From NCBI RefSeq assembly GCF_963921235.1, contig NC_086128.1:41354001-41418000 (forward strand): a stretch of 64,000 bases of DNA, given 5' to 3'. The notes under the pieces are model-generated. The model was not told where the DNA came from. It did no database searches and saw nothing but the letters and a program-made list of their open reading frames with translations. This document shows positions 11,130 to 24,123 of the stretch, piece after piece; positions within the stretch are counted from its first letter, which is position 1; every line of letters starts with the position of its first letter. Made by a program: the position numbers and the translations under genes. The DNA is from Mobula hypostoma. Lineage: Eukaryota.

Positions 11130-11620
11130 CCACAAAACTCGACAAGTTGACCAGAACAAAAATGAATACATATTAGTGTTATTTTCCAGGCCACTACTGA
11201 GGCCCTGGGCTAGACTTAGTCAGCTGTGCTGTGCAGGCCTGGCTGTTCTTATGACCGACACCAGACTCCCAAAGCAGACATACTATTCTCAGCTTTGTCA
11301 TGACATTAGCAGGTGAAAAGAAGAAAAGAATCATGAATGTGCTCAAAGCTTACTTGAAGAAGGAAAACATCTCCACTCACTCCTCTGAACCTCTAGCCCA
11401 TGATCATTCAAAGAGGAATGGGATCATTTGGGACTGAATTGAGTTCATGTACAAAGAGAGCATCGTAGCAAAAGGAGTGCAATTCATTACAAACTATACA
11501 CTACCTGCACAAACTGCAGAAGAGCCTGCAGCTTTCATATTGACCTAATTACACCCCTCAGAACCCACAAAAGCAGAGTGGAAGCAAGTTACCCTGGATC
11601 CCGAGGGACGGCTCTGAAGA
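11130..11620 (+). mobile_element. Old RTE (BovB-like) LINE 3' fragment
   Basis: Degenerate KR...VLKAYLKK..ISTHSSEPLAHD resembles the RTE ORF C-terminus. Boundaries approximate. Confidence 0.5.
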
Positions 11621-11807
11621 TACAATGGAAGAAAAGTTGGTAGAGTATCTAGCCCTACAAAATTCATCCAAATGTATGGAAAGTTGGCCACCCATCTCTT
11701 GGCTCGTGTTGTGCTTGCAGGTCTAAAGAGACTTCCACATCATTTATCCATCAAGATATATCAGTCTCCATGCAAATCTCTTTTTGGAGGTTTGTTTAGT
11801 AAACTGG

Positions 11808-13890
11808 ACCATAAAACCACAAGACATAGGAGCAGAATTAGGCCATTCAGCCCATCAAGTCTGCTCTGCCATTCCATCATTGTTGATCCTGGATCCCACT
11901 CAACCCCATATACCTGCCTTCTTGCCATATCCTTTGATGCCCTGACTGACTAGGAAACGATCAACTTCCACCTTAAATATATGCACAGACTTGGCTTCCA
12001 CCGCAGTCAGTGGCAGAACATTCCATAGATTTGCTACTCTCTGGCTAAAAAAATTCTTCCTTGCCTCTGTTCTAAAGGGTCGCCCCTCAAATTTGAGGCT
12101 CTCCCCTCTAGTTCTGGATACCCCCGCCAAAGGAAACATTTGCTACACATTCATGCTATCTAGTCCTTTCAACATTCAGTAGGTTTCAATGAGCCCTCCC
12201 CCACATTCTCCTAAATTCCAGTGAGTACAGTCCCAATGCAGCCAAACGCTCCTCATATGTTATCCCCTTCATTCCCAGAATTATCCTTGTGAACCTCCTC
12301 TGGATTCTCTCTAATGACAACACATCCTTTTTGAGATATGGGGCCCAAAATTGTTGACAATACTCCAAGTGCTATCTGACTGGTGTCTTATAAAGGCTCA
12401 GCATTATCTCCTTGCTTTTATATTTTATTCCCCTTAAAATGAATGCCAACATTGCATTTGCCTTCTTTACCACAGACTCAACCTGTAAATTAACCTTCTG
12501 GGAGTCTTGCACGAGGACTACTGAGTCCCTCTGCAGCTCTGATATTTGAACCTTCTCTCCATTTAGATAATAGTTTTCACTGTCTTCTCCTATCATTTTG
12601 CATCTCCCCCTCCCCCTCCCCCTCCAGCTTTCAAATCCCTTACTCACTCTTCCTTCAGTTAGTCCTGACGAAGGGTCTCGGCCTGAAACGTCGACTGTAC
12701 CTCTTCCTATAGATGCTGCCTGGCCTGCTGCGTTCACCAGCAACTTTGATGTATGTTGCTTGAATTTCCAGCATCTGCAGAATTCCTGTTGTTTTCACTA
12801 TTGTTCCTTTTACCAAAATGCATTAACATACATTTCCCAACACTGTATTCCATCTGCCACTTTTTTGCCCATTCTTCCAATTTGTCTAAGTCTTACAGCA
12901 ATCACATTGCTTCCTCAGCACTACCTACCCCTTCACCTATCTTCGTATCATCCGCAAACTTTGCCACAAAGCCGTCAGTTCCATTATCTAAGTCATTGAC
13001 AAACAATGTGAAAAGCAGTGGTCACCGGCAGCCAACCAGAAAAGGTCACTTTTATTCCTACTAGCTGCCTCCTGCCTGTCAGCCATTCCTCTATCCATGC
13101 CAGTATCTTTCCTGTAACGCTATAAAATTTTATCTTGTTAAGCAGTCGCATGTGTGGCACCTTATCAAACGCCTTCTGAAAATCTAAGTAAATGACATCC
13201 ACTGCCTCTTCTTTGTCCACCCTGCTTGTTAATTCCTCGAAGAACTCTAACAGATTTGTCAGGCAAGATTTCCCTTCACTGAAACCATGCTGACTTTGAC
13301 ATATTTTATCATTAGTTTCCAAGTACCTCGGCATCTCATCCTTAATAATAGACTCCAACACTTTCCCAACTAATGGGGGTAGGCTAACTGGCCTATAATT
13401 TCCTATCTTTTGCCTTCCTCCCTTCTTAAAGAGTGGAGTGACATTTACAATCTTCCAGTCCTCCAGGACCATGCCAGAATCAAGTGATTCTTGGAAGATC
13501 ATGACTAATGCATCCATTATCTCTTCAGCAACCTCTCTCAAAACTCTGGGATGTCGTCCATCTGGTCCAGGTGACTTATCCACCTTAAGACCTTTGTGTT
13601 TGCCTAGCACTTTTTCCTTTGTAATAGCAATGGCACTCACTCCTGCTCCCTGACACTCACGGACCACTGGCACACTGCTAGTGTCTTCCACAGTGAAGGT
13701 AGATGCAAAGTACCCATTAAGTTCATCTTCCATTTCCTTGTCCCCCATTACCACCTCACCAGCATCATTTTCCAGTGGTCCGATATAAACTCTCACCTCC
13801 CTTTTACTCTTCATATAACTGAAACAACGTTTGGTATCCTGCTTTATATTATTGGCGAGTCTGCCCTCATAATTCATATTTTCCTTTTTG
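11808..13890 (-). mobile_element. CR1 (HER1-like) LINE, 5'-truncated, with internal deletion near 13020 and a PLE insertion at 12582-12790
   Basis: ORF 12993-13877 (KSPGPDG, NYRPVSL, YLDFQKAFDKVPH) and ORFs 11900-12139 and 12186-12368. Close relative of the 43743-46530 copy. Confidence 0.92.
12582..12790 (+). mobile_element. 209-bp 5'-truncated PLE 3' end with intact HHR (12660-12697) and 9-bp TSD
   Basis: Nearly identical to the PLE 3' UTR at 4448-4655. gttttcact at 12573-12581 and 12791-12799. Confidence 0.92.
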
Positions 13891-14384
13891 AAAAAGAAGT
13901 TGCCATGTTGTTCTAATGGTGGCTACTGTCTTTAAGGCTAACAAGGTGAACTGAGATCCTACTAAGTCTCATACATAACCTTTATATTTAGAATGCATGG
14001 CCACTTCTCTCCCTTACTGGTCTCCCTTCAGAGCTTCCAGTTAGCCTAAACTCTCGACCTCAAATGCAAATACATCCTCCATTACCTCCTCCTCCATTGC
14101 TCAACTATTTCAAATCTGAGCCCCGTATCTGGTTATACACATGACTGCAAACATTCCCTCCCCAGCAACAGCTTAACTTGCAAAAAAAAAGCATTTCAAC
14201 AAATCATTCCATTATGTCCATGAACTGAGAAGAAAATAAACGATGTGGCAGGTAGTCTATGCTTTCTGATTTGATAAGATTAATCTCCATATCTCTCTCC
14301 ATCCAAAGTCAGACAAATTCACAGTTTGTAGCACAAGTATGGTCTAAGAGCATCATGGTTATTTCCAGAAGCCTGAATACAGAG

Positions 14385-14600
14385 AGTATTGTGGCTGTGT
14401 GGAATGCTCTTCCAGAGATGGTGGTTGAGGCAAATACATTAGAGACATTTAAGAAACTTTCAGTTAGGCACATGGATGACAGAAAAATGGAGGGCTATGT
14501 TGGATGATAGGGTTAGACTGATCTTAGAGTATGTTAAAAGGTTGGCATAACATTGTGGGCTGAAGGGCCTGTGCTGTGCTGTACTGTCTTACATTCTATG
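14385..14600 (+). mobile_element. CR1 3' end
   Basis: VAVWNALPEMVVEANTLETFKK..RHMD followed by the gggctgaagggcctgt..(ttctatg)n tail. Confidence 0.8.
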
Positions 14601-14608
14601 TTCTAGAC

Positions 14609-14688
14609 CAGAGGTTCCCAACCTGGTGTGCATGGACCCCTTATTTAATGGTAAGGCTCCATGGCATAAAAAAAGTTGGGAACCCCTG
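14609..14688. mobile_element. 80-bp hAT (Charlie-like) MITE
   Basis: TIRs cagaggttcccaac / gttgggaacccctg. 8-bp TSD ttctagac (14601-14608) / ttctagat (14689-14696), the NTCTAGAN target typical of hAT-Charlie. Confidence 0.85.
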
Positions 14689-14714
14689 TTCTAGATCATT
14701 ATTCCATCAACATG

Positions 14715-14980
14715 AGGTCAACCTCCAGCATAGCAGCTGGGAATCTACATTCAAATCATTAATTAAATTGGAACTGAAGAATAGTCACAGTAATAGCATC
14801 TAAGAAACCACTAGATTGATGCAAAAACCATTTGATTTACTGATGTTCATCAAGGAGACAGATCTTACCTGGTCTGACCTATCTTTGACTTAAGGCACCT
14901 CCACAGTGAGAGGGCCATTAGGGGTGAACAACAAATATATGCATTGCTAATGAAATCCACACCTCATGAACAAATACATA
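14715..14980 (+). mobile_element. Ancient SINE remnant, family not assigned
   Basis: Degenerate blocks aaaaaccatttgatttactgatgttc, cttacctggtctgacct and gggccattaggggtgaac resemble an old chondrichthyan SINE (from recall). Confidence 0.4.
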
Positions 14981-15939
14981 AAAAGGAATTAGAATGTCAT
15001 TCCACGGACTCCACCTTGTCTTTGATTTATTCTGACAGTCTCTATATTAAACATGTGCATAATGTACCTTACTTGATTTTTACTACTCTTTCAATTAGTT
15101 TTCTTTCCACAGCAAGTTCACCCAGAACAATTTGTTTTTGAACCCAGCTGTTGACACACTTATTACATGTCCACACTTCAAATATCAAGTCCATTGACGT
15201 CAATTTTCTTCACTCATTTAACTTGCACCTGTAGACTTTGTACACACTTTCTCCATTCCTGTGGAGTAATCATCAATGCACTGGCAGCTGTTAATTTGTA
15301 TTCCACCCACCTCCAACACTTGCAAGTTCTCTTGTCTCAGTTTTATCATGTAACCTAAAGAGTTTACAAGCCAATCAAGTCCAGCTCTTTCAGAAAATCA
15401 TTCACTATCTCACTTAAATTAAGTGTCTATTAAGTACCTGATGTAATCCTCCCACATAACAGAGAATTAAACTGAACCATCACATTAAAAAATGACAGAT
15501 TAAGCAATTTAAGAACACAGTAAAGATTTGCTCATCAATTGCTTTTGTCTTTTTTGAGCAGTAACCAAAGGCATCCAATCACACCTTTTGCCTCAGTTGC
15601 TCTGTCATAATATCGTTCATTTCTGTGAAAGCTACTAATTTTATTTCTCAAAAGATCATTGCCCAGATGCATTTTGTTTCAGTGACTAATCAAACCAATT
15701 GTTTGAGTTCTAAAGCTGTAATTTCTTCCAAACTTGAGCGCAATGGATCATCTTTTTTTTTACTGAGGAAGAAACCTTAAATGATTAACTGTCGAATGTA
15801 AAATTAAAATAAGAATAATGTCCTTTTGCAGCATTTGTACAGAATTTGATCTGGCGGGCATTTCTCATATTTGTTATTTATTTGGATTACCAGCATCTAT
15901 AATAATTTTCTTTCTCATATTACAAAAAAAATCTTAGTA

Positions 15940-16150
15940 CAGTTACACAGGGTCTTGGTGAGACAACACCTAGGATGTGTGTGTAATTTTGGTCTTCTTA
16001 CCTAAGAAGGTCTACATTTGCAATAGGAGTGGACCAAAGGTTGAGATGGTGGATGTCACGTGAGAAAAGATTGCAACAGCTAGGCTGGTGTTCACTAGAA
16101 GTTAGAAAAATGAGAGATCTCATTCAGATGTACAAAATTCTGAAATGATT
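15940..16150 (+). mobile_element. Old CR1 fragment
   Basis: ttggtgagacaacacctagga..ttggtcttcttacctaagaagg resembles LVRPHLEY..WSPYLRK. Confidence 0.6.
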
Positions 16151-18124
16151 TAACTTGGAAAAGGACTGTTCATATCCCTCCATATTTGTGGCTGAGGTTA
16201 TCAAGTGTCTTTGTGTGGTTTCACCAGATTTCAAGCATCTACAGTCTCTTGTGTCAGCTTTATATTAAGTTTTGTTTATAACATCCTGAATTTTAATAAC
16301 ATAAAGAAAGTAAAACAGCTACTATGTATACAGCATATCGTAAGTGTCAGCATTTCACGATATGTTTTACCTCAAGTGGTACTTATGAATGGAATAACTA
16401 TTGAAGGAAATGTGGCAGTCTATATGCCCACGCAAGCAGGAATAACTAGATAATAAGTTTCAAAATATAAGTTGTGAAGAAATATTGAATGGGACATTGT
16501 TCATATTTGTTTTTAAAGTATTGCCATTAAATTCTCCCAAGGGGGATGTACTGTAGGCTCACAGTTAAGAGCCTCATATGAAGCCAGGCACCTCTGACTA
16601 GCTCTTCTTGCAGCACTGTAAACCTAATGGCTGTTCAGGATGGAAAATTGCTAACATCCATAGATTTCTAGTGATGATTTGTAAGTTTGTACAGGTAAGG
16701 TCAAAGGTTTTGCGAATCTATTTGCATGACCCTTTCATGTTAAACCACCTGTTAAAAATTCAGGAACACCTTTATATTAAACAAATGCCACACATTTGCC
16801 TTGAACTGGATTGTATCATTTTAGTGCACTAAAACATGACTGCATTAATCACCACTGCCAAATCAGGTTCCCACAAAAAATCATGATATGATATTTATTG
16901 TCAAAAATCATTTCTTTAACTAGCATTAGGAAGGTTACATCTAGAATCAAAGGGGCATCAAATCATTGTTTTATATTTTCTAACCTGTTGTGGCACAGCC
17001 TTCGGAAGATGACATCTCTTAAAGGTACATTTCTCCTAACAACACAGGCAGAGGCTGCTGGGCCGAAGGAGGCAACTCCCACAATCACTCAAAGGGGCTC
17101 TGGTCAATTAGAAACATGCCAGAGAAGGACCTTGTGCATTGGACGGTGACGACACTTGTAAAAAGAAAAGATTGGCAGAAGTGATGGCCACCCTCTCCTG
17201 AATGGGCAATCCCCACACAGTGGAGCATTACTGAAAGGAATTTCATAATCTCATAAGGTATATCAAGGTTATCAGCCTCTTGTTGAGTGGAAACCCTCAC
17301 AAATAAACACCTTTATGTGAAGATCTGAATTCTTTATTGAGGTGTAATTGATCAGGAAATACAGATGTTGTTGCAAGTCACTTAAGTAAATGGTGCAAGC
17401 GTTTATTTATTCATTCATTCATTTGTTACAGTCAGTGTAAGTGGACCTGCAGAGTTGGATTTGAGAAGATTTTATGTTCCATTTGGGCCCTGCTTGATAT
17501 TCATTTACTAGATTTCTGTTAAAGATTCGTCGCTTCAGAAACATTGGGAAATTTTTATTTCCAGGTTCCTTGTGAAAATGCTCTTTATTTCTGCAGCAAA
17601 ATCCCAATTTATGGGAGATGAGGCTGTAGAATTTGAGAGTAAAATCCCCCTAGAAGCTGCCTTCTGCCTCCTTATCATTTTGCCCTGCTACTTTTCAGAC
17701 CCTGGGTCTACATACTACTCTTCCTCCAGCATCAGAGTCTGGCTTGTGTTTGCCAAGTATGTGCAGTATGTGGCCTTCAGTTACAATGTCTTTGCACTTG
17801 CCAGGCATGTACTGCAGGGTGCCCCAGACCGATTTCATCTTGAGGAGACCAATGAAATGTTTTATTCCAGAACTGATATTTGCATGGCTCTTCTATCTAG
17901 GATGAGGTAATATGGTTGAAATGTACATGGTGTGAGGAACAGAAGAAATCGGAAATAGCTTTTGCCCTAAGCATTCTTTCCTTCAGAAGTGCACCCTTGC
18001 TCACTCAGGATGAAAGAGTCATTTGTGCCTCATCACTAATGGACATTTTGCTGCCTTCAGCCTGTGTCTCAGTCGATGTCAAAACACGCAGAAATGGGTG
18101 CAAAAAATGGATTGGTACTTGGAG

Positions 18125-18250
18125 ACACAAGAGACTACAGATGCTGGAATCTGGAGCAAGACACAAAAAGCTGGGGGAACTCAATGGATCAGGCAGCATG
18201 AAGAGAGGAAAATGGACAGTCAAGGTTATGGATCAAGATCCTTCATCTGG
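18125..18250 (-). mobile_element. Older PLE 3'-end fragment ending at a degenerate HHR
   Basis: cagatgctggaatctggagcaa..ggaactca..ggcagcat..cttcatctggact. acttggag is repeated at 18117-18124 and 18251-18258 (possible TSD). Confidence 0.7.
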
Positions 18251-18684
18251 ACTTGGAGCTGCTTGACACTTGGAAAATGAAAGACATGCCAACATGAGCT
18301 GTGCATAAGAATGTCTTTTTTCCTGTTTCATATCTGGTGTGACTTCAACCAGAAATGATCTCCAGCTTGATCTACTTCAGGTAATATCAAAATTCTTTGT
18401 GTGGCACTTCCAATAACATAGGCTAGGAGGTCCACTTTCCACATTACTGTGCATAACTAGCTGCTTTCATAGTTCTTAACAATGTAAAAGACTGTCAGTC
18501 CCCGATGCCAAGAGTATACCATATCATTCAATAAAATGCAAGTCAAAAATTGTTTTGATATTTTGAATAACTGTGTGGGTATAACTATTCCTTCACAGTT
18601 TTCCGACTACCCACAATTTCAAAAACGTGTAGGGGCCCAAAAAGATACTTTGCTAATGACAGAACAACAGCTATTAGTCATATA

Positions 18685-18741
18685 CATTCAGTAGCCACTT
18701 TATTAGGTACAGGAGGTACCCGATAACGTGGCCACTGAGTG
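18685..18741. mobile_element. 57-bp Tc1-type micro-MITE (two abutting TIRs)
   Basis: cattcagtagccactttattaggtac / gtacccgataacgtggccactgagtg, flanked by TA on both sides. Confidence 0.75.
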
Positions 18742-18744
18742 TAT

Positions 18745-19238
18745 TTCTGTATGTTTGTGGTCTTGTACTGCTGTAGCCTATCCACTTTAGAGTTCAACAT
18801 GTTGTGCATTCAGATATGCTCTTCTGCACACCACTGTTGTAACAAGTGATTATTTGAATTACTGTCACCGTCTTGTCATCTTGAACCGGTCTGGCCATTC
18901 TACCCTGACCTCCCATTGACATGGCTTTTATGGCCTCAGAACTGCTGCTCACTGAATTTTTTTTTAATGGTTTTTGCACCATTTTCTGTAAATTCTAGAA
19001 ACTGCTGTTCATGAAAATCCCAGGAGATCAGCAGTTTCTGAAATAGTCAAACCACCCCATCTGGCACCAACAATCATTCCACGGTCAAAGTCACTTAGGT
19101 AGCACTTCTTCTCCACTCTGATGTTTGGTCTGAACAACAACTGAACCTCTTGACTATGTCTGCATGCTTTTATGCATTGCGCTTCTGCCAAATGATTGGC
19201 TGATTAGATATCTGCATTAATAAGCAGGTGTACAAGTG
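18745..19238 (-). mobile_element. Tc1-like transposon relic with transposase N-terminus
   Basis: ORF 19009-19191 contains KKCYLSDFDRGMIVGARWGGLTISETADLLGFS, a paired-like HTH typical of Tc1 transposases. Confidence 0.85.
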
Positions 19239-19929
19239 TATGCCCTTACTCTGTTTGCACTTATCCCAAAAACATTGAATAATATTTCTATCAAACTCTT
19301 ATCAACTTGGCCAACCTATATTGTCATGAATGTTATTATCCTTTACTAAAGAGAAACTACAATTCAAAATGATGCTGTAAGATAGTGTTTAAATACATTA
19401 GGTGAATTAAATAGTAGTATGGATACATTGCTTCTTAAATCACTTCATTATATGTAGGCGTCCCCTTTCAAGGTATTAAATATTTCTGTTTTAATAAAGG
19501 ATACTTAGGGTGAAAACGAGTAATGCATTTTCACATTTTAAAAAACTTGTCTCAGAACACAGAGAAGCAATCCTGTCTGGTTAAATTATGTATTACTGAC
19601 ATACAAATACTTAACTAGGTGGTATCATTTGGCTGCATGTAATTGCTCATTGAGCCAGCCAGTATGGTAAAGGGTAGCACCTGATCCTTGTTACTTTACT
19701 TGGCACAGAGGACTGTAACACTTACCATGCCTCAGTGAGGCAGCCAACTCCCTGTTGTAGAACAGCCCCATAGAATAAAATTGAATGATCTATCTCAATT
19801 AGTCCTCAGCCATCACTGTCACTAATTTCTCCTCAATGCTCAGCTGCAAAATCTTCAATAATAACTAACATGTATCTCCGTTGTAGCCACTGGCGCATGA
19901 AGTTCTGCTCGCTCCCAACTGACATACAG

Positions 19930-20215
19930 ATTCAGATTTATTTATCGCATGTACATTGAAATAGACAGTGAAACACGTTGTTTGTGTTAACAACCAACAT
20001 AGCCAAGGATGTGCTGGGGCAGCCCGCAAGTGTTGTCACACATTCCAGCACCAACGTTTAGCAGAGCAACAAAAGCAACAACAATGACAAGATAAAACAT
20101 GACAACAGCAAAACAAGCCCCTTTCCCATCCTCCCACCCACGTGCCCACGTGCCCTTCACACATACAGACAGGCCTCCAGCCCCAGGACAGGCTGCCTCA
20201 GGGCATCCAGTCCTT
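19930..20215 (-). mobile_element. Non-autonomous retroposon 3' part
   Basis: Tail gggctgccccagcacatcc..tttcactg..tgtacatgcgataaataaa is shared with the SINE tail at 50120-50235. Confidence 0.6.
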
Positions 20216-20811
20216 GGCATTCCAGGCACAATGTGCACCACACATGGAATGTGCCCTAGAAGAAAGAGATATTAAAATAAGCGTTATGTGATCCTTTTCA
20301 TGCATGAACAAACCCATTGTCGTACAAATGCGACAATACCAGATCCAAATACCAGGCAAAAATCACCAAATACCAAATTACGATCTACTGATATTTGAAA
20401 GACTTGCTTATTCTCATTCTTTGTTTCCTTTTGTTAACTATTTCTCTGCCCATGCCTATATATTATCCTAATTCCTACATGCTATCACCCTGTTGACCAA
20501 GTTCCTGTGTGAAAGCTTATTGAAAACCTTCTGAAAATCGAAACACATCACACCACCTTATCTATTCTACAAGTCACATATTCAAAGAATGCCATTAAAT
20601 TAATCAAACATGATGGCAATTTCCAGTCACAAAACTGTCCAGTTCTAGCTAATTAAATTAATCAATCAGTAAGGATTGGGTAGGATTGGCTCTCAGAATT
20701 GGAGCAAGTTCGAGAGAACTGTTCAGCCTGAATGCATCAAAGTCACATTTAGATATAGTAATTAGGAAATTAAGCAAAAATGTCCAGGATACTTAAACAA
20801 ATATGTCTGAG

Positions 20812-21630
20812 GGCGGAGCTTAGGACGATGGCACCTAATGGCGACTCCTTTGCTCGCATCTTTGGAAATAGATCTATTTCTACTTTTAATATCTCTTTTT
20901 TCCCTTTTCAAGGTTCTTTTGAAGACCCTGACCTGGAGTTACACGCTGACTTCAGTTCTTTGCCGGAATGGGACCCGCTCTCAGGGTCTCACGACTGTTC
21001 GATATGCCAAGGACGCAGCCTAAATACAAGCGCGCCTTCAGGGTGCTGGGTTTTTGTGGCTCTGGAGGCAGACGGATTCGAGGCTAGTGCGGCCGCAAAA
21101 AAATGGTGTACCATGGGAGTACACGGAAGATCTAAAGCAGCGAGCTGGCTGCTGGCTGTGTGCCCAAAGACCCGAGTTCTTTGGGCACAGAGCTCGGAAA
21201 AAGCGACGCAACAGACTTTTAACACCATAAATCGGCGAGTTGTTTTGTTATGTCTCCCCTCTTGCTGTGAAACAGGGACACCTCTTTTTCCCTTATTAGG
21301 GAGAGAGAGAGAGCCTGTGGTATGTCAAATTACCAGGTGAATGTGTAGTCTTTGGGGTACTGCAAGTCTGTGTCTTTATTGATGCTTTGCTGCACACGAG
21401 TGCTTGGTGGAGGGTTTAGATGCTTTTTTGCTCATGGGGGAGGGCGGTTGTCACTTTGCTGCTGCTTATGCTTGGGATGGGGGAGCTGGGGGGGCTTTTG
21501 GGGTTCTAACGTTTAACTGTCATTCATTCTTTGGGGCACTCCTCTGTTTTCGTAGATATTTTGCGAAGAAATAGAATTTCAGGATGTATATTGTATACAT
21601 TTCTCTGACATTAAATTGAACATATTGAAC
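20812..21630 (+). mobile_element. ORF-less non-autonomous retroposon, family A copy 1
   Basis: Colinear with 22675-24082 (gaagaccctgacc, tctttgggcacagagctc, ttgttatgtctc, ggggcactcctctgtttt, tatacatttctctgacattaaa). Head gggcggagc..gatggc; tail (ttgaac)n. Confidence 0.75.
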
Positions 21631-22674
21631 TATAGTCTGATGAAGCCTTGTAAACCTTGACCTGTCCTATTTACCTCAACCTGTCCTATTTGCCTTGAAG
21701 GACCAGGTGAAGGAAGAGTCAAGTAGCTTAGAACAAAATTCTAGTGATGTCAAGCCATATTGGGCAACACCAATTGCAATATTATCTAAAACCAACAAAA
21801 TAGTGGTGATTACAAAATGACTTTGACTGTATAGTTAATCAGAATCAGTTCCCTTTAACCAGTTTCCATTATGTAGAAAGTTTTCATCTGTCAAATGCAT
21901 ATATAAATTAATGTGGATAAGGAGAGTCTGACATATTTGACAATTAGTACACATAAGGGCCTGTGTTAGCATTCAAAATTATGTGCTAAAGCATAACTGA
22001 CTACCTTTCACACTCTGGTGGACAAGATACAATAAAAATCAGATCATTGCCAGTTCACTCAAGATGATGTATAATAGCGTTAAGTACCAAAGAAGAAAAT
22101 CTTTGAATATTAGACCAAGTGTTCATTTAGTCACACTAACAAATATGTACGTCCATAAATAGAGAGGTGATTAATTTTGGACTAAATGTAGATGCAGGTG
22201 GAATAAACTGAAGAAAGTGGTAGATGATGATGTTCTAGTTACAGCAATGGAAATAGCTGAAAAGACACAAAAGAATATTGCACCTAAGCATTGAAAGAAT
22301 GCCTCAGATCTGTCAAATGTCCAGGTGAAAACATGGTATCATACTATGGTCGATTACATAAGATGTCACGAGAACAAGGTTGTGTTAAACAGAGACGAAG
22401 AGTTGTCAATTCAAGGGCATTGAGAAAACAGATTTTGGAAGAACATCACACTGAACATTCTAGTACTGTCAACATGAAGATAAGTTGCGTTTATTGCTCA
22501 GGTTAGATAGAAATCTTGTAGTGCTAGCAGATATAACAACTCAGTGTAGAGACCTTCACAGAATTTTGAAATGGCTAATGAGATCTTTCTAAACCACGCT
22601 CAAAGATTAGTGAGAGAACAAGGTTGATAACTCTTCAGCACTCATTGAAAAGAGGTCACGACAGCCATATCCCA

Positions 22675-24082
22675 ACTAAAATAGCTCTATTTCCATCTTT
22701 AATATCTCTATTTTTCCCTTTCAGGGTTCTTCTGAAGACCCTGACCAGGAGTTACATGCTGACTACGGTTCTTTGCGGGAATGGGACCTGCTCTTGGGGT
22801 TTCACAACTGGCCGTTGTTGTTCGGCACGCCAAAGGCTCGGCCTAAGAGTTTGGCTTGCCTTTGGAGGCCTAGCTCGGGGCTCCGGAGATGGGTGGATCG
22901 AAGGTCGGTGTCATGGCAGGAGATCCGTATGTTGTCAGGGGAGACAGAAGATCTACGGCTGTGTGCCCAGAGACCCGAGATCTTTGGGCACAGAGCTCAA
23001 AAAAAGAGATGTAACAGACTTTTAACATCGTAATCCAGCCAGCTGTTTGTTATGTCTCTCCTCTTGCTGTGAAACAGAGACACCTCTTTTTCCCTTATTA
23101 GGGAGAGAGAGCCTGCGGAATGTCGAATGCCGGATGAACAATGTAGTCCTTGAAGTACTGTCGCTTTGCTCACGCTTCAGTGCCCGGTGGCGGGTGCCGA
23201 TGCTTCTTTTGCCAGTGGGGGGAGGGGGGATCGTTGCTTGCTGCCGCTTATGCACAGGAGAGAGGGGAGTTGGGGGGGACTTTGGGGTTCTACTATTTAG
23301 CTGTTGCTCATTGTTTGGGGCACTCCTCTGTTTTTGTGAATGGTTGCGAAGAAAAAGCATCTCAGGAAGATGGAGGAGGAGAAGATGGCAGCGCGACAGC
23401 AGCGCGCGCAGCCACTTCGGTAATGATGTCTGTAATCTGTCAAGTAGGGGACCATGCACAATTCTGATTTGATGGAGACTAACGTGAGAGTACGGAGGAA
23501 CATCTGGAAAACTTCTGAAATGCCCACTTCGCTGCCACTGCTACTGTGTGGTAACCGGAATCTCCGGAGCGGAAGGCCCTGAAATCCTCGGCTTTGCTTG
23601 TTTCAGCGGCCAGGGCTAGGTCGATGGCGCGCGGGAGGCTGTATCGGAGGGGCTGGCTGGAAGCTTGAAGTTTTCGGACGGGTGGACTCAGTGTCGGCTG
23701 TGGTCGGCTGCTTACAAGGCATCGGCAAGTTGACGGTGCCTGGAGGTTTATGGCAGGGAGTTTCTCCCTTTTGCCGCCTGCTATCGGGGACTTGGGAGTC
23801 GATTGACTTGGGGACTTTTGAGACTTTATTTACCGTGCCCATGGTTTGTTCTTCATCAAATTATGGTATTGCTGCACTGCTGTAACTATATGTTATAATT
23901 ATGTGGTTCTGTTAGTGTTAGTCTTTGGTTTGTCCTGTTTTCTGTGATATCACTCCGGAGAAACATTGTATCATTTCTTAATGCATGTATGCATTTCTAA
24001 ATGACAATAAAAGAGGACTGAGTGTTCTCATAATCTAAATATACATTTCTCTGACATTAAAGTTATCTTTGAAACCTTTGAA
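22675..24082 (+). mobile_element. Family A copy 2, 5'-truncated, interrupted near its 3' end by 23368-24038
   Basis: Homologous to ~20865-21630. The last ~45 nt resume at 24039. Confidence 0.75.
23368..24038 (+). mobile_element. ORF-less CpG-rich retroposon nested in family A copy 2
   Basis: Starts gaagatggcagcgcgac and ends gacaataaaagagg..taatctaa. Absent from the 20812 copy. Confidence 0.65.
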
Positions 24083-24123
24083 ACATAAAAAAAACAGGAA
24101 GCAGATGTTATCTCTGCTGAATG

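Noticed and set aside
15073-15228. Possible minus-strand exon (MDLIFEVWTCNKCVNSWVQKQ...) with gtaagg donor
   Set aside because: Poor acceptor, unrecognised peptide, and joining it to the 10884-10991 segment gives an early stop.
17572-17910. 112-aa ORF in apparently unique sequence
   Set aside because: No recognisable domain and no convincing exon structure; the length is within chance expectation.
21634-21697. ctgatgaag as another hammerhead, plus a 19-bp tandem duplication
   Set aside because: No GAAA..UH core or stem I partner; the duplication is trivial.
20780-23885. ORFs of 100-186 aa inside the ORF-less retroposons
   Set aside because: Reading frames are not preserved between the two family A copies and carry no protein motifs.
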